From: the human T2T-CHM13v2.0 reference genome, Homo sapiens
Strand: one strand, 5' to 3'
Assembly (NCBI RefSeq): GCF_009914755.1
Contig: NC_060943.1
Length of the DNA stretch: 64,000 nucleotides
Position numbers and translations under genes: made by a program. Positions 52,111 through 64,000 of the stretch are shown piece by piece. The first letter of the stretch is position 1; each line of letters opens with the position of its first letter. The notes beneath the pieces were generated by a model. It was given only the letters and a program-made list of their open reading frames with translations, had not been told where the DNA came from and did not search any database.

Positions 52111-55100
52111 CTTCCTTGTGTTCTGTGTATTCAACTCACAGAGTTGAACGATCCTTTACACAGAGCAGACTTGAAACACTCTTTTTGTGGAATTTGCAAG
52201 TGGAGATTTCAGCCGCTTTGAGGTCAATGGTAGAATAGGAAATATCTTCCTATAGAAACTAGACAGAATGATTCTCAGAAACTGCTTTGTGATGTGTGTG
52301 TTCAACTCACAAGGTTTAACCTTTCTTTTCATAGAGCAGTTAGGAAACACTCTGTTTGTAAAGTCTGCAACTGGATATTCAGACATCCTTGAGGCTTTCG
52401 TTGGAAACGGGATTTCTTCATATTCTGCTAGAAAGAAGAATTCTCAGTAACTTCCTTGTGTTGTGTGTATTCAACTCACAGAGTTGAATGATCCTTTACA
52501 TAGAACAGTCTTGAAACACTCTTTTTGTGGAATTTGCAAGTGGAGATTTCAGCCGCTTTGAGGTCAATGGTAGAATAGGAAATATCTTCCTATAGAAACT
52601 AGACAGAATGATTCTCAGAAACTCCTTTGTGATGTGTGCGTTCAACTCACAGAGTTTAACCTTTCTTTTCATAGAGCAGTTAGGAAACACTCTGTTTGTA
52701 AAGTCTGTAAGTGGATATTCAGACATCTTTGAGGCTTTCGTTGGAAACGGGATTTCTTCATATTCTGCTAGACAGAAGAATTCTCAGAAACTTCGTTGTG
52801 TTGTGTGTTTTCAACTCACCGAGTTCAACGATCCTTTACACAGAGTAGACTTGAAACACTCTTTTTGTTGAATTGGCAGGGTGGAGATTTCAGCCGCTTT
52901 GAGGTCAATGGTAGAAAAGGAAATATCTTTGTATAAAAACTAGACAGAGTGATTCTCAGAAACTCCTTTGTGATGTCTGCGTTCAACTCACAGAGTTTAA
53001 CCTTTCTTTTCATAGAGCATTTAGGAAACACTCTGTTTGTAAAGTCTGCAAGAGGATTTTCAGACCTCCTTGAGGCCTTCGTTGGAAACGGGATTTCTTC
53101 ATATTCTGCTATACAGAAGAATTCTCAGAAACTTCCTTGTGTTGTGTGTATTAAACTCACAGAGTTGAACGATCGTTTACACAGAGCAGACTTGAGACAC
53201 TCTTTTTGTGGAATTTGCAAGTGGAGATTTCAGCCGCTTTGAGGTCAATGGTAGAAAAGGAAATATCTTCATATAAAAACTAGACAGAATGATTCTCAGA
53301 AACTCCTTTGTGATGTGTGCGTTTAACTCACAGAGTTTAACCTTTCTTTTCATAGAGCAGTTAGGAAACACTCTGTTTGTAAAGTCTGCAAGTGGATATT
53401 CAGACCTCTTTGAGGCCTTCGTTCGAAACGGGATTTCTTCATATTATGCTAGACAGAAGAATTCTCAGTAACTTCCTTGTGTTGTGTGTATTCAACTCAC
53501 AGAGTTGGACTATCCTTTACACACAGCAGACTTGAAACACTCTTTTTGTGGAATTTGCAAGTGGAGATTTCTGCCGCTTTGAGGTCAATGGTAGAAAAGG
53601 AAATATCTTCGTATAAAAACTAGAGAGAATGATTCTCAGAAACTCCTTTGTGATGTGTGCGTTCAACTCACAGAGTTTAACCTTTCTTTTCATAGAGCAG
53701 TTAGGAAACACTCTGTTTGTAAATTCTGCAAGTGGATATTCAGACCTCCTTGAGGCCTTCGTTGGAAACGGGATTTCTTCATATTATGCTAGACAGAAGA
53801 ATTCTCAGTAACTTCCTTGTGTTGTGTGTATTCAACTCACAGATTTGAACGATCCTTTACACAGAGCAGACTTGAAACACTCTTTTTCTGGAATTTGCAA
53901 GTGGAGATTTCAGCCGCTTTGAGGTCAATGGTAGAAAAGGAAATATCTTCGTATAAAAACTAGACAGAATGATCCTCAGAAACTCCTTTGTGATGTGTGC
54001 GTTCAACTCACAGAGTTTAACCTTTCTTTTCATAGAGCAGTTAGGAAACACTCTGTTTGTAAAGTCTGCAAGTGGATATTCAGACCTCCTTGAGGCCTTC
54101 GTTGGAAACGGGATTTCTTCATATTATGCTAGACAGAAGAATTCTCAGTAACTTCCTTGTGTTGTGTGTATTCAACTCACAGAGTTGAACGATCCTTTAC
54201 ACAGAGCAGACTTGAAACACTCTTTTTGTGGAATTTGCAAGTGGAGATTTCAGCCGCTTTGAGGTCAATGATAGAATAGGAAATATCTTCCTATAGAAAC
54301 TAGACAGAATGATTCTGAGAAACTCCTTTGTGATGTGTGCGTTCAACTCACAGAGTTTAACCTTTCTTTTCATAGAGCAGTTAGGAAACACTCTGTTTGT
54401 AAAGTCTGCAAGTGGATATTCAGACATCCTTGAGGCTTTCGTTGGAAACGGGATTTCTTCATATTCTGCTAGAAAGAAGAATTCTCAGTAACTTCCTTGT
54501 GTTGTGTGTATTCAACTCACAGAGTTGAATGATCCTTTACACAGAACAGTCTTGAAACACTCTTTTTGTGGAATTTGCAAGTGGAGATTTCAGCCGCTTT
54601 GAGGTCAATGGTAGAAAAGGAAATATCTTCATATAAAAACTAGACAGAATGATTCTCAGAAACTCCTTTGTGATGTGTGCGTTCAACTCACAGAGTTTAA
54701 CCTTTCTTTTCATAGAGCAGTTAGGAAACACTCTGTTTGTAAAGTCTGCAAGTGGATATTCAGACCTCTTTGAGGCCTTCGTTGGAAACGGGATTTCTTC
54801 ATATTATGCTAGACAGAAGAATTCTCAGTAACTTCCTTGTGTTGTGTGTATTCAACTCACAGAGTTGAACAATCCTTTACACAGAGCAGACTTGAAACAC
54901 TCTTTTTGTGGAATTTGCAAGTGGAGATTTCAGCCGCTTTGAGGTCAATGGTAGAAAAGGAAATATCTTCGTATAAAAACTAGACAGAATGATTCTCAGA
55001 AACTCCTTTGTGATGTGTGCGTTCAACTCACAGAGTTTAACCTTTCTTTTCATAGAGCAGTTAGGAAACACTCTGTTTGTAAAGTCTGCAAGTGGATATT

Positions 55101-56699
55101 CAGACCTCCTTGAGGCCTTCGTTGGAAACGGGATTTCTTCATATTATGCTAGACAGAAGAATTCTCAGTAACTTCCTTGTGTTGTGTGTATTCAACTCAC
55201 AGAGTTGAACGATCCTTTACACAGAGCAGACTTGAAACACTCTTTTTGTGGAATTTGCAAGTGGAGATTTCAGCCGCTTTGAGGTCAATGGTAGAATAGG
55301 AAATATCTTCCTATAGAAACTAGACAGAATGATTCTGAGAAACTCCTTTGTGATGTGTGCGTTCAACTCACAGAGTTTAACCTTTCTTTTCATAGAGCAG
55401 TTAGGAAACACTCTGTTTGTAAAGTCTGCAAGTGGATATTCAGACCTCCTTGAGGCCTTCGTTGGAAACGGGATTTCTTCATATGATGCTAGACAGAAGA
55501 ATTCTCAGAAACTTCCTTGTGTTGTGTGTATTCAACTCACAGAGTTGAACGATCCTTTACACAGAGCAGACTTGAAACACTCTTTTTGTGGAATTTGCAA
55601 GTGGAGATTTCAGCCGCTTTGAGTTCAATGGTAGAATAGGAAATATCTTCCTATAGAAACTAGACAGAATGATTCTCAGAAACTCCTTTGTGATGTGTGC
55701 GTTCAACTCACAGAGTTCAACCTTTCTTTTCATAGAGCAGTTGGGAAACACTCTGTTTGTAAAGTCTGCAAGTGGATATTCAGACTTCTTTGAGGCTTTC
55801 GTTGGAAACGGGATTTCTTCATATTCTGCTAGAAAGAAGAATTCTCAGTAACTTCCTTGTGTTGTGTGTATTCAACTCACAGAGTTGAATGATCCTTTAC
55901 ACAGAACAGTCTTGAAACACTCTTTTTGTGGAATTTGCAAGTGGAGATTTCAGCCGCTTTGAGGTCAATGGTGGAATAGGAAATATCTTCCTATAGAAAC
56001 TAGACAGAATGATTCTCAGAAACTCCTTTGTGATGTGTGCGTTCAACTCACAGAGTTTAACCTTTCTTTTCATAGAGCAGTTAGGAAACACTCTGTTTGT
56101 AAAGTCTGCAAGTGGATATTCAGACATCTTTGAGGCCTTCGTTGGAAACGGTATTTCTTCATATTCTGCTAGACAGAAGAATTCTCAGAAACTTCGTTGT
56201 GTTGTGTGTTTTCAACTCACAGAGTTCAACGATCCTTTACACAGAGTAGACTTGAAACACTCTTTTTGTGGAATTGGCAGGGTGGAGATTTCAGTCGCTT
56301 TGAGGTCAATGGTAGAAAAGGAAATATCTTCGTATAAAAACTAGACAGAGTGATTCTCAGAAACTCCTTTGTGATGTCTGCGTTCAACTCACAGAGTTTA
56401 ACCTTTCTTTTCATAGAGCAGTTAGGAAACACTCTGTTTGTAAAGTCTGCAAGTGGATATTCAGACCTCCTTGAGGCCTTCGTTGGAAACGGGATTTCTT
56501 CATATTCTGCTATACAGAAGAATTCTCAGAAACTTCCTTGTGTTGTGTGTATTCAACTCACAGAGTTGAACGATCGTTTACACAGAGCAGACTTGAGACA
56601 CTCTTTTTGTGGAATTTGTAAGTGGAGATTTCAGCCGCTTTGAGGTCAATGGTAGAAAAGGAAATATCTTCATATAAAAACTAGACAGAATGATACTCA

Positions 56700-59600
56700 G
56701 AAACTCCTTTGTGATGTGTGCGTTCAACTCACAGAGTTTAACCTTTCTTTTCATAGAGCAGTTAGGAAACACTCTGTTTGTAAAGTCTGCAAGTGGATAT
56801 TCAGACATCCTTGAGGCTTTCGTTGGAAACGGGATTTCTTCATATTCTGCTAGAAAGAAGAATTCTCAGTAACTTCCTTGTGTTGTGTGTATTCAACTCA
56901 CAGAGTTGAATGATCCTTTACACAGAACAGACTTGAAACACTCTTTTTGTGGAATTTGCAAGTGGAGATTTCAGCCGCTTTGTGGTCAATGGTAGAATAG
57001 GAAATATCTTCCTATAGAAACTAGACAGAATGATTCTCAGAAACTCCTTTGTGATGTCTGCGTTCAACTCACAGAGTTAAACTTTCTTTTCATAGAGCAG
57101 TTAGGAAACACTCTGTTTGTAAAGTCTGCAAGTGGATATTCAGACCTCCTTGAGGCCTTCGTTGGAAAAGGGATTTCTTCATATTATGCTAGACAGAAGA
57201 ATTCTCAGTAACTTCCTTGTGTTGTGTGTATTCAAATCACAGAGTTGAACGATCCTTTACACAGAGCAGACTTGAAACACTTTTTGTGGAATTTGCAAGC
57301 GGAGGTTTCAGCCGCTTTGAGGTCAATGGTAGAATAGGAAATATCTTCCTATAGAAACTAGACAGAATGATTCTCAGAAACTCCTTTGTGATGTGTGCGT
57401 TCAACTCACAGAGTTTAACCTTTCTTTTCATAGAGCAGTTGGGAAACACTCTGTTTGTAAAGTCTGCAAGTGGATATTCAGACCTCTTTGAGGCCTTCGT
57501 TGGAAACGGGATTTCTTCATATTCTGCTAGACAGAAGAATTCTCAGTAACTTCCTTGTGTTGTGTGTATTCAACTCACAGAGTTGAATGATCCTTTACAC
57601 AGAACAGACTTGAAACACTCTTTTTGTGGAATTTGCAAGTGGAGATTTCAGCCGCTTTGAGGTCAATGGTAGAATAGGAAATATCTTCCTATAGAAACTA
57701 GACAGAATGATTCTCAGAAACTCCTTTGTGATGTGTGCGTTCAACTCACAGAGTTTAACCTTTCTTTTCATAGAGCAGTTAGGAAACACTCTGTTTGTAA
57801 AGTCTGCAAGTGGATATTCAGACCTCCTTGAGGCCTTCGTTGGAAATGGGATTTCTTCATATTATGCTAGACAGAAGAATTCTCAGTAACTTCATTGTGT
57901 TGTGTGTATTCAACTCACAGAGTTGAACGATCCTTTACACAGAGCATACTTGAAACACTCTTGTTGTGGAATTTGCAAGTGGAGATTTCAGCCGCTTTGA
58001 GGTCAATGGTAGAATAGGAAACATCTTCCTATAGAAACTAGACAGAATGATTCTCAGAAACTCCCTTGTGATGTGTGCGTTCAACTCACAGAGTTTAACC
58101 TTTCTTTTCATAGAGCAGTTAGGAAACACTCTGTTTGTAAAGTCTGCAAGTGGATATTCAGACCTCTTTGAGGCCTTCGTTGGAAACGGGATTTCTTCAT
58201 ATTATGCTAGACAGAAGAATTCTCAGTAACTTCCTTGTGTTGTGTGTTTTCAACTCACAGAGTTCAACGATCCTTTACACAGAGTAGACTTGAAACACTC
58301 TTTTTGTGGAATTGGCAAGTGGAGATTTCAGCCGCTTTGAGGTCAATGGTAGAAAAGGAAATATCTTCGTATAAAAAATAGACAGAGTGATTCTCAGAAA
58401 CTCCTTTGTGATGTCTGCGTTCAACTCACAGAGTTTAACCTTTCTTTTCATAGAGCAGTTAGGAAACACTCTGTTTGTAAAGTCTGCAAGTGGATATTCA
58501 GACCTCTTTGAGGCCTTCGTTGGAAACGGGATTTCTTCATATTCTGCTAGACAGAAGAATTCTCAGTAACTTCCTTGTGTTGTGTGTATTCAACTCACAG
58601 AGTTGAATGATCCTTTACACAGAGCAGACTTGAAACACTCTTTTTGTGGAATTTGCAAGTGGAGATTTCAGCCGCTTTGAGTTCAATGGTAGAATAGGAA
58701 ATATCTTCCTATAGAAACTAGACAGAATGATTCTCAGAAACTCCTTTGTGATGTGTGCGTTCAACTCACAGAGTTCAACCTTTCTTTTCATAGAGCAGTT
58801 GGGAAACACTCTGTTTGTAATGTCTGCAAGTGGATATTCAGACTTCTTTGAGGCTTTCGTTGGAAGCGGGATTTCTTCATATTCTGCTAGACAGAAGAAT
58901 TCTAAGTAACTTCCTTGTGTTGTGTGTATTCAACTCACAGAGTTGAACGATCCTTTACACAGAGCAGACTTGAAACACTCTTTTTGTGGAATTTGCAAGT
59001 GGAGATTTCAGCCGCTTTGAGGTCAATGGTAGAATAGGAAATATCTTCCTATAGAAACTAGACAGAATGATTCTCAGAAACTCCTTTGTGATGTGAGCGT
59101 TCAACTCACAGAGTTTAACCTTTCTTTTCATAGAGCAGTTAGGAAACACTCTGTTTGTAAAGTCTGCAAGTGGATATTCAGACATCCTTGAGGCTTTCGT
59201 TGGAAACGGGATTTCTTCATATTCTGCTAGAAAGAAGAATTCTCAGTAACTTCCTTGTGTTGTGTGTATTCAACTCACAGAGTTGAATGATCCTTTACAC
59301 AGAACAGTCTTGAAACACTCTTTTTGTGGAATTTGCAAGTGGAGATTTCAGCCGCTTTGAGGTCAATGGTAGAATAGGAAATATCTTCCTATAGAAACTA
59401 GACAGAATGATTCTCAGAAACTCCTTTGTGATGTGTGCGTTCAACTCACAGAGTTTAACCTTTCTTTTCATAGAGCAGTTGGGAAACACTCTGTTTGTAA
59501 AGTCTGCAAGTGGATATTCAGACATCCTTGAGGCTTTCGTTGGAAACGGGATTTCTTCATATTCTGCTAGAAAGAAGAATTCTCAGTAACTTCCTTGTGT

Positions 59601-59750
59601 TGTGTGTTTTCAACTCACAGAGTTCAACGATCCTTTACACAGAGTAGACTTGAAACACTCTTTTTGTGGAATTGGCAGGGTGGAGATTTCAGCCGCTTTG
59701 AAGTCAATGGTAGAAAAGGAAATATCTTCGTATAAAAACTAGACAGAGTG
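56700..59750 (+). repeat. Further copy of block ~41740-44790 (offset 14960 bp, 44 dimers)
   Basis: GAGTTAAACTTT 1-bp deletion, GGAAAAGGG, CAAATCAC, 2-bp deletion with GCAAGCGG, GGAAATGGG, CTCCCTTG, AAAAATAGAC and GTAATGTCT occur in the same order. Confidence 0.88.
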
Positions 59751-62700
59751 ATTCTCAGAAACTCCTTTGTGATGTCTGCGTTCAACTCACAGAGTTTAAC
59801 CTTTCTTTTCATAGAGCAGTTAGGAAACACTCTGTTTGTAAAGTCTGCAAGTGGATATTCAGACCTCCTTGAGGCCTTCGTTGGAAATGGGATTTCTTCA
59901 TATTATGCTAGACAGAAGAATTCTCAGAAACTTCCTTGTGTTGTGTGTATTCAACTCACAGAGTTGAACGATCGTTTACACAGAACAGACTTGAGACATT
60001 CTTTTTGTGCAATTTGTAAGTGGAGATTTCATCCGCTTTGAGGTCAATGGTAGAAAAGGAAATATCTTCATATAAAAACTAGACAGAATGATTCTCAGAA
60101 ACTCCTTTGTGATGTGTGCGTTCAACTCACAGAGTTTAACCTTTCTTTTCATAGAGCAGTTAGGAAACACTCTGTTTGTAAAGTCTGCAAGTGGATATTC
60201 AGACCTCCTTGAGGCCTTCGTTGGAAACGGGATTTCTTCATATTATGCTAGACAGAAGAATTCTCAGTAACTTCCTTGTGTTGTGTGTATTCAACTCACA
60301 GGGTTGAACGATCCTTTACACAGAGCAGACTTGAAACACTCTTTTTGTGGAATTTGCAAGTGGAGATTTCAGCCGCTTTGAGTTCAATGGTAGAATAGGA
60401 AATATCTTCCTATAGAAACTAGACAGAATGATTCTCAGAAACTCCTTTGTGATGTGTGCGTTCCACTCACAGAGTTCAACCTTTCTTTTCATAGAGCAGT
60501 TGGGAAACACTCTGTTTGTAAAGTCTGCAAGTGGATATTCAGACTTCTTTGAGGCCTTCGTTGGAAGCGGGATTTCTTCATATTCTGCTAGACAGAAGAA
60601 TTCTCAGTAACTTCCTTGTGTTGTGTGTATTCAACTCACAGAGTTGAATGATCCTTTACACAGAACAGACTTGAAACACTCTTGTTGTGGAATTTGCAAG
60701 TGGAGATTTCAGCCGCTTTGAGGTCAACGGTAGAATAGGAAATATCTTCCTATAAAAACTAGACAGAATGATTCTCAGAAACTCCTTTGTGATGTGTGCG
60801 TTCAACTCACAGAGTTTAACCTTTCTTTTCATAGAGCAGTTAGGAAACACTCTGTTTGTAAAGTCTGCAAGTGGATATTCAGACCTCCTTGAGGCCTTCG
60901 TTGGAAACGGGATTTCTTCATATTATGCTAGACAGAAGAATTCTCAGTAACTTCCTTGTGTTGTGTGTATTCAACTCACAGAGTTGAACGATCCTTTACA
61001 CAGAGCAGACTTGAAACACTCTTTTTGTGGAATTTGCAAGTGGAGATTTCAGCCGCTTTGAGGTCAATGGTAGAATAGGAAATATCTTCCTATAGAAACT
61101 AGACAGAATGATTCTCAGAAACTCCTTTGTGATGTGTGCGTTCAACTCACAGAGTTCAACCTTTCTTTTCATAGAGCAGTTGGGAAACACTCTGTTTGTA
61201 AAGTCTGCAAGTGGATATTCAGACTTCTTTGAGACCTTCGTTGGAAGCGGGATTTCTTCATATTCTGCTTGACAGAAGAATTCTCAGTAACTTCCTTGTG
61301 TTGTGTGTATTCAACTCACAGAGTTGAACGATCCTTTACACAGAGCAGACTTGAAACACTCTTTTTGTGGAATTTGCAAGTGGAGATTTCAGCCGCTTTG
61401 AGGTCAATGGTAGAATAGGAAATATCTTCCTATAGAAACTAGACAGAATGATTCTCAGAAACTCCTTTGTGATGTGTGCGTTCAACTCACAGAGTTTAAC
61501 CTTTCTTTTCATAGAGCAGTTAGGAAACACTCTGTTTGTAAAGTCTGCAAGTGGATATTCAGACCTCTTTGAGGCCTTCGTTGGAAACGGGATTTCTTCA
61601 TATTATGCTAGACAGAAGAATTCTCAGTAACTTCCTTGTGTTGTGTGTTTTCAACTCACAGAGTTCAACGATCCTTTACACAGAGTAGACTTGAAACACT
61701 CTTTTTGTGGAATTGGCAAGTGGAGATTTCAGCCGCTTTGAGGTCAATGGTAGAAAAGGAAATATCTTCGTATAAAAAATAGACAGAGTGATTCTCAGAA
61801 ACTCCTTTGTGATGTCTGCGTTCAACTCACAGAGTTTAACCTTTCTTTTCATAGAGCAGTTAGGAAACACTCTGTTTGTAAAGTCTGCAAGTGGATATTC
61901 AGACCTCTTTGAGGCCTTCGTTGGAAACGGGATTTCTTCATATTCTGCTAGACAGAAGAATTCTCAGTAACTTCCTTGTGTTGTGTGTATTCAACTCACA
62001 GAGTTGAATGATCCTTTACACAGAGCAGACTTGAAACACTCTTTTTGTGGAATTTGCAAGTGGAGATTTCAGCCGCTTTGAGTTCAATGGTAGAATAGGA
62101 AATATCTTCCTATAGAAACTAGACAGAATGATTCTCAGAAACTCCTTTGTGATGTGTGCGTTCAACTCACAGAGTTCAACCTTTCTTTTCATAGAGCAGT
62201 TTTGAAACACTCTGTTTGTAATGTCTGCAAGTGGATATTCAGACTTCTTTGAGGCTTTCGTTGGAAGCGGGATTTCTTCATATTCTGCTAGACAGAAGAA
62301 TTCTCAGTAACTTCCTTGTGTTGTGTGTATTCAACTCACAGAGTTGAACGATCCTTTACACAGAGCAGACTTGAAACACTCTTTTTGTGGAATTTGCAAG
62401 TGGAGATTTCAGCCGCTTTGAGGTCAATGGTAGAATAGGAAATATCTTCCTATAGAAACTAGACAGAATGATTCTCAGAAACTCCTTTGTGATGTGAGCG
62501 TTCAACTCACAGAGTTTAACCTTTCTTTTCATAGAGCAGTTAGGAAACACTCTGTTTGTAAAGTCTGCAAGTGGATATTCAGACATCCTTGAGGCTTTCG
62601 TTGGAAACGGGATTTCTTCATATTCTGCTAGAAAGAAGAATTCTCAGTAACTTCCTTGTGTTGTGTGTATTCAACTCACAGAGTTGAATGATCCTTTACA

Positions 62701-64000
62701 CAGAACAGTCTTGAAACACTCTTTTTGTGGAATTTGCAAGTGGAGATTTCAGCCGCTTTGAGGTCAATGGTAGAATAGGAAATATCTTCCTATAGAAACT
62801 AGACAGAATGATTCTCAGAAACTCCTTTGTGATGTGTGCGTTCAACTCACAGAGTTTAACCTTTCTTTTCATAGAGCAGTTAGGAAACACTCTGTTTGTA
62901 AAGTCTGCAAGTGGATATTCAGACATCTTTGAGGGTTTCATTGGAAACGGGATTTCTTCATATTCTGCTAGACAGAAGAATTCTCAGAAACTTCGTTGTG
63001 TTGTGTGTTTTCAACTCACAGAGTTCAACGATCCTTTACACAGAGTAGACTTGAAACACTCTTTTTGTGGAATTGGCAGGGTGGAGATTTCAGCCGCTTT
63101 GAAGTCAATGGTAGAAAAGGAAATATCTTCGTATAAAAACTAGACAGAGTGATTCTCAGAAACTCCTTTGTGATGTCTGCGTTCAACTCACAGAGTTTAA
63201 CCTTTCTTTTCATAGAGCAGTTAGGAAACACTCTGTTTGTAAAGTCTGCAAGTGGATATTCAGACCTCCTTGAGGCCTTCGTTGGAAATGGGATTTCTTC
63301 ATATTATGCTAGACAGAAGAATTCTCAGAAACTTCCTTGTGTTGTGTGTATTCAACTCACAGAGTTGAACGATCGTTTACACAGAACAGACTTGAGACAC
63401 TCTTTTTGTGCAATTTGTAAGTGGAGATTTCAGCCGCTTTGAGGTCAATGGTAGAAAAGGAAATATCTTCATATAAAAACTAGACAGAATGATTCTCAGA
63501 AACTCCTTTGTGATGTGTGCGTTCAACTCACAGAGTTTAACCTTTCTTTTCATAGAGCAGTTAGGAAACACTCTGTTTGTAAAGTCTGCAAGTGGATATT
63601 CAGACCTCCTTGAGGCCTTCGTTGGAAACGGGATTTCTTCATATTATGCTAGACAGAAGAATTCTCAGTAACTTCCTTGTGTTGTGTGTATTCAACTCAC
63701 AGGGTTGAACGATCCTTTACACAGAGCAGACTTGAAACACTCTTTTTGTGGAATTTGCAAGTGGAGATTTCAGCCGCTTTGAGTTCAATGGTAGAATAGG
63801 AAATATCTTCCTATAGAAACTAGACAGAATGATTCTCAGAAACTCCTTTGTGATGTGTGCGTTCCACTCACAGAGTTCAACCTTTCTTTTCATAGAGCAG
63901 TTGGGAAACACTCTGTTTGTAAAGTCTGCAAGTGGATATTCAGACTTCTTTGAGGCCTTCGTTGGAAGCGGGATTTCTTCATATTCTGCTAGACAGAAGA
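58200..64000 (+). repeat. Tandem duplication of a 10-dimer unit (3401 bp), running off the window end
   Basis: GATGTGAGCG (59090/62491), TTGAAGTCAATGG (~59698/~63099), TGTGCAATTTGTAAG (~60006/~63407), CAGGGTTGAAC (~60299/~63700), TTCCACTCAC (60461/63862). Confidence 0.92.

Larger units (their letters stand above)
1..64000 (+). repeat. Alpha-satellite array, SF1 (J1/J2) 340-bp dimer; most consistent with the human D1Z7/D5Z2/D19Z3 (S1C1/5/19H1L) active centromeric array
   Basis: Continuous 340-bp period (ORF starts 954, 1294 ... 63489 step by 336-341 bp). Two related 171/169-bp monomers with alphoid motifs (ATTCTCAGAAACT, TTCAACTCACAGAGTT, GAAACACTCT, TGCAAGTGGA). CENP-B box in every second monomer; GAATTC about once per dimer. 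Dimers differ only by scattered SNPs. Alpha satellite is certain; the chr1/5/19 subfamily call rests on recognising the near-perfect dimeric structure (about 0.85). Confidence 0.98.

Noticed and set aside
161-63911. Hundreds of 60-111 aa ORFs on both strands (MILRNSFVMCAF..., MFPNCSMKRKVKL...)
   Set aside because: They are translations of the satellite unit, recur every 340 bp, overlap on opposite strands, and gain or lose stops and frameshifts freely. There is no sign of coding constraint.
1-64000. CRISPR-like or diversity-generating cassette array
   Set aside because: There are no unique spacers and no cas, reverse transcriptase or recombinase genes. Variation between units is scattered SNPs explained by satellite turnover.
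1-64000. Transposon insertion (L1/Alu), inversion or non-alphoid island
   Set aside because: The dimer register is continuous (net indel -24 bp between first and last CENP-B box, largest single indel 4 bp) and all boxes are on the + strand.
1-64000. A fixed long higher-order repeat (6-, 8-, 10-mer etc.) across the window
   Set aside because: Marker spacings are irregular (4, 5, 6, 7, 10, 12, 14, 18 dimers). Only the dimer period holds throughout; longer periods are local.
1-64000. Assignment to a specific chromosome or to the CENP-A/hypomethylated kinetochore site
   Set aside because: Chr1, 5 and 19 share this dimer family, and kinetochore position is epigenetic. Neither can be determined without alignment and chromatin data.
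1-64000. A previously undescribed biological system
   Set aside because: Everything seen is accounted for by a known centromeric satellite and known modes of array turnover. Any novelty is limited to the specific local rearrangement history.

Overview
The whole 64 kb window is one uninterrupted, single-orientation array of primate centromeric alpha-satellite DNA. It is built from a highly homogeneous ~340-bp dimer (171-bp A-type monomer + 169-bp B-type monomer with a CENP-B box, one EcoRI site per dimer; 189 box positions, ~188 dimers). This is the suprachromosomal family 1 (J1/J2) dimeric type typical of the human D1Z7/D5Z2/D19Z3 (chr1/5/19) active-centromere arrays; the chromosome cannot be assigned by eye. 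There are no genes, RNA genes, transposon insertions or inversions, and all ORFs in the track are repeat artefacts. I found no new biological system. What can be read from diagnostic SNPs and indels is the array's recent history: haplotype domains, tandem duplications of 1, 4, 5, 7, 10, 12-14 and 29-36 dimers (some nested), in-register dimer deletions, a conversion-like patch, a copy 46 kb away, and local clusters of broken CENP-B boxes. Duplication boundaries were placed by manual marker tracking and are approximate (about +/- 1 dimer).
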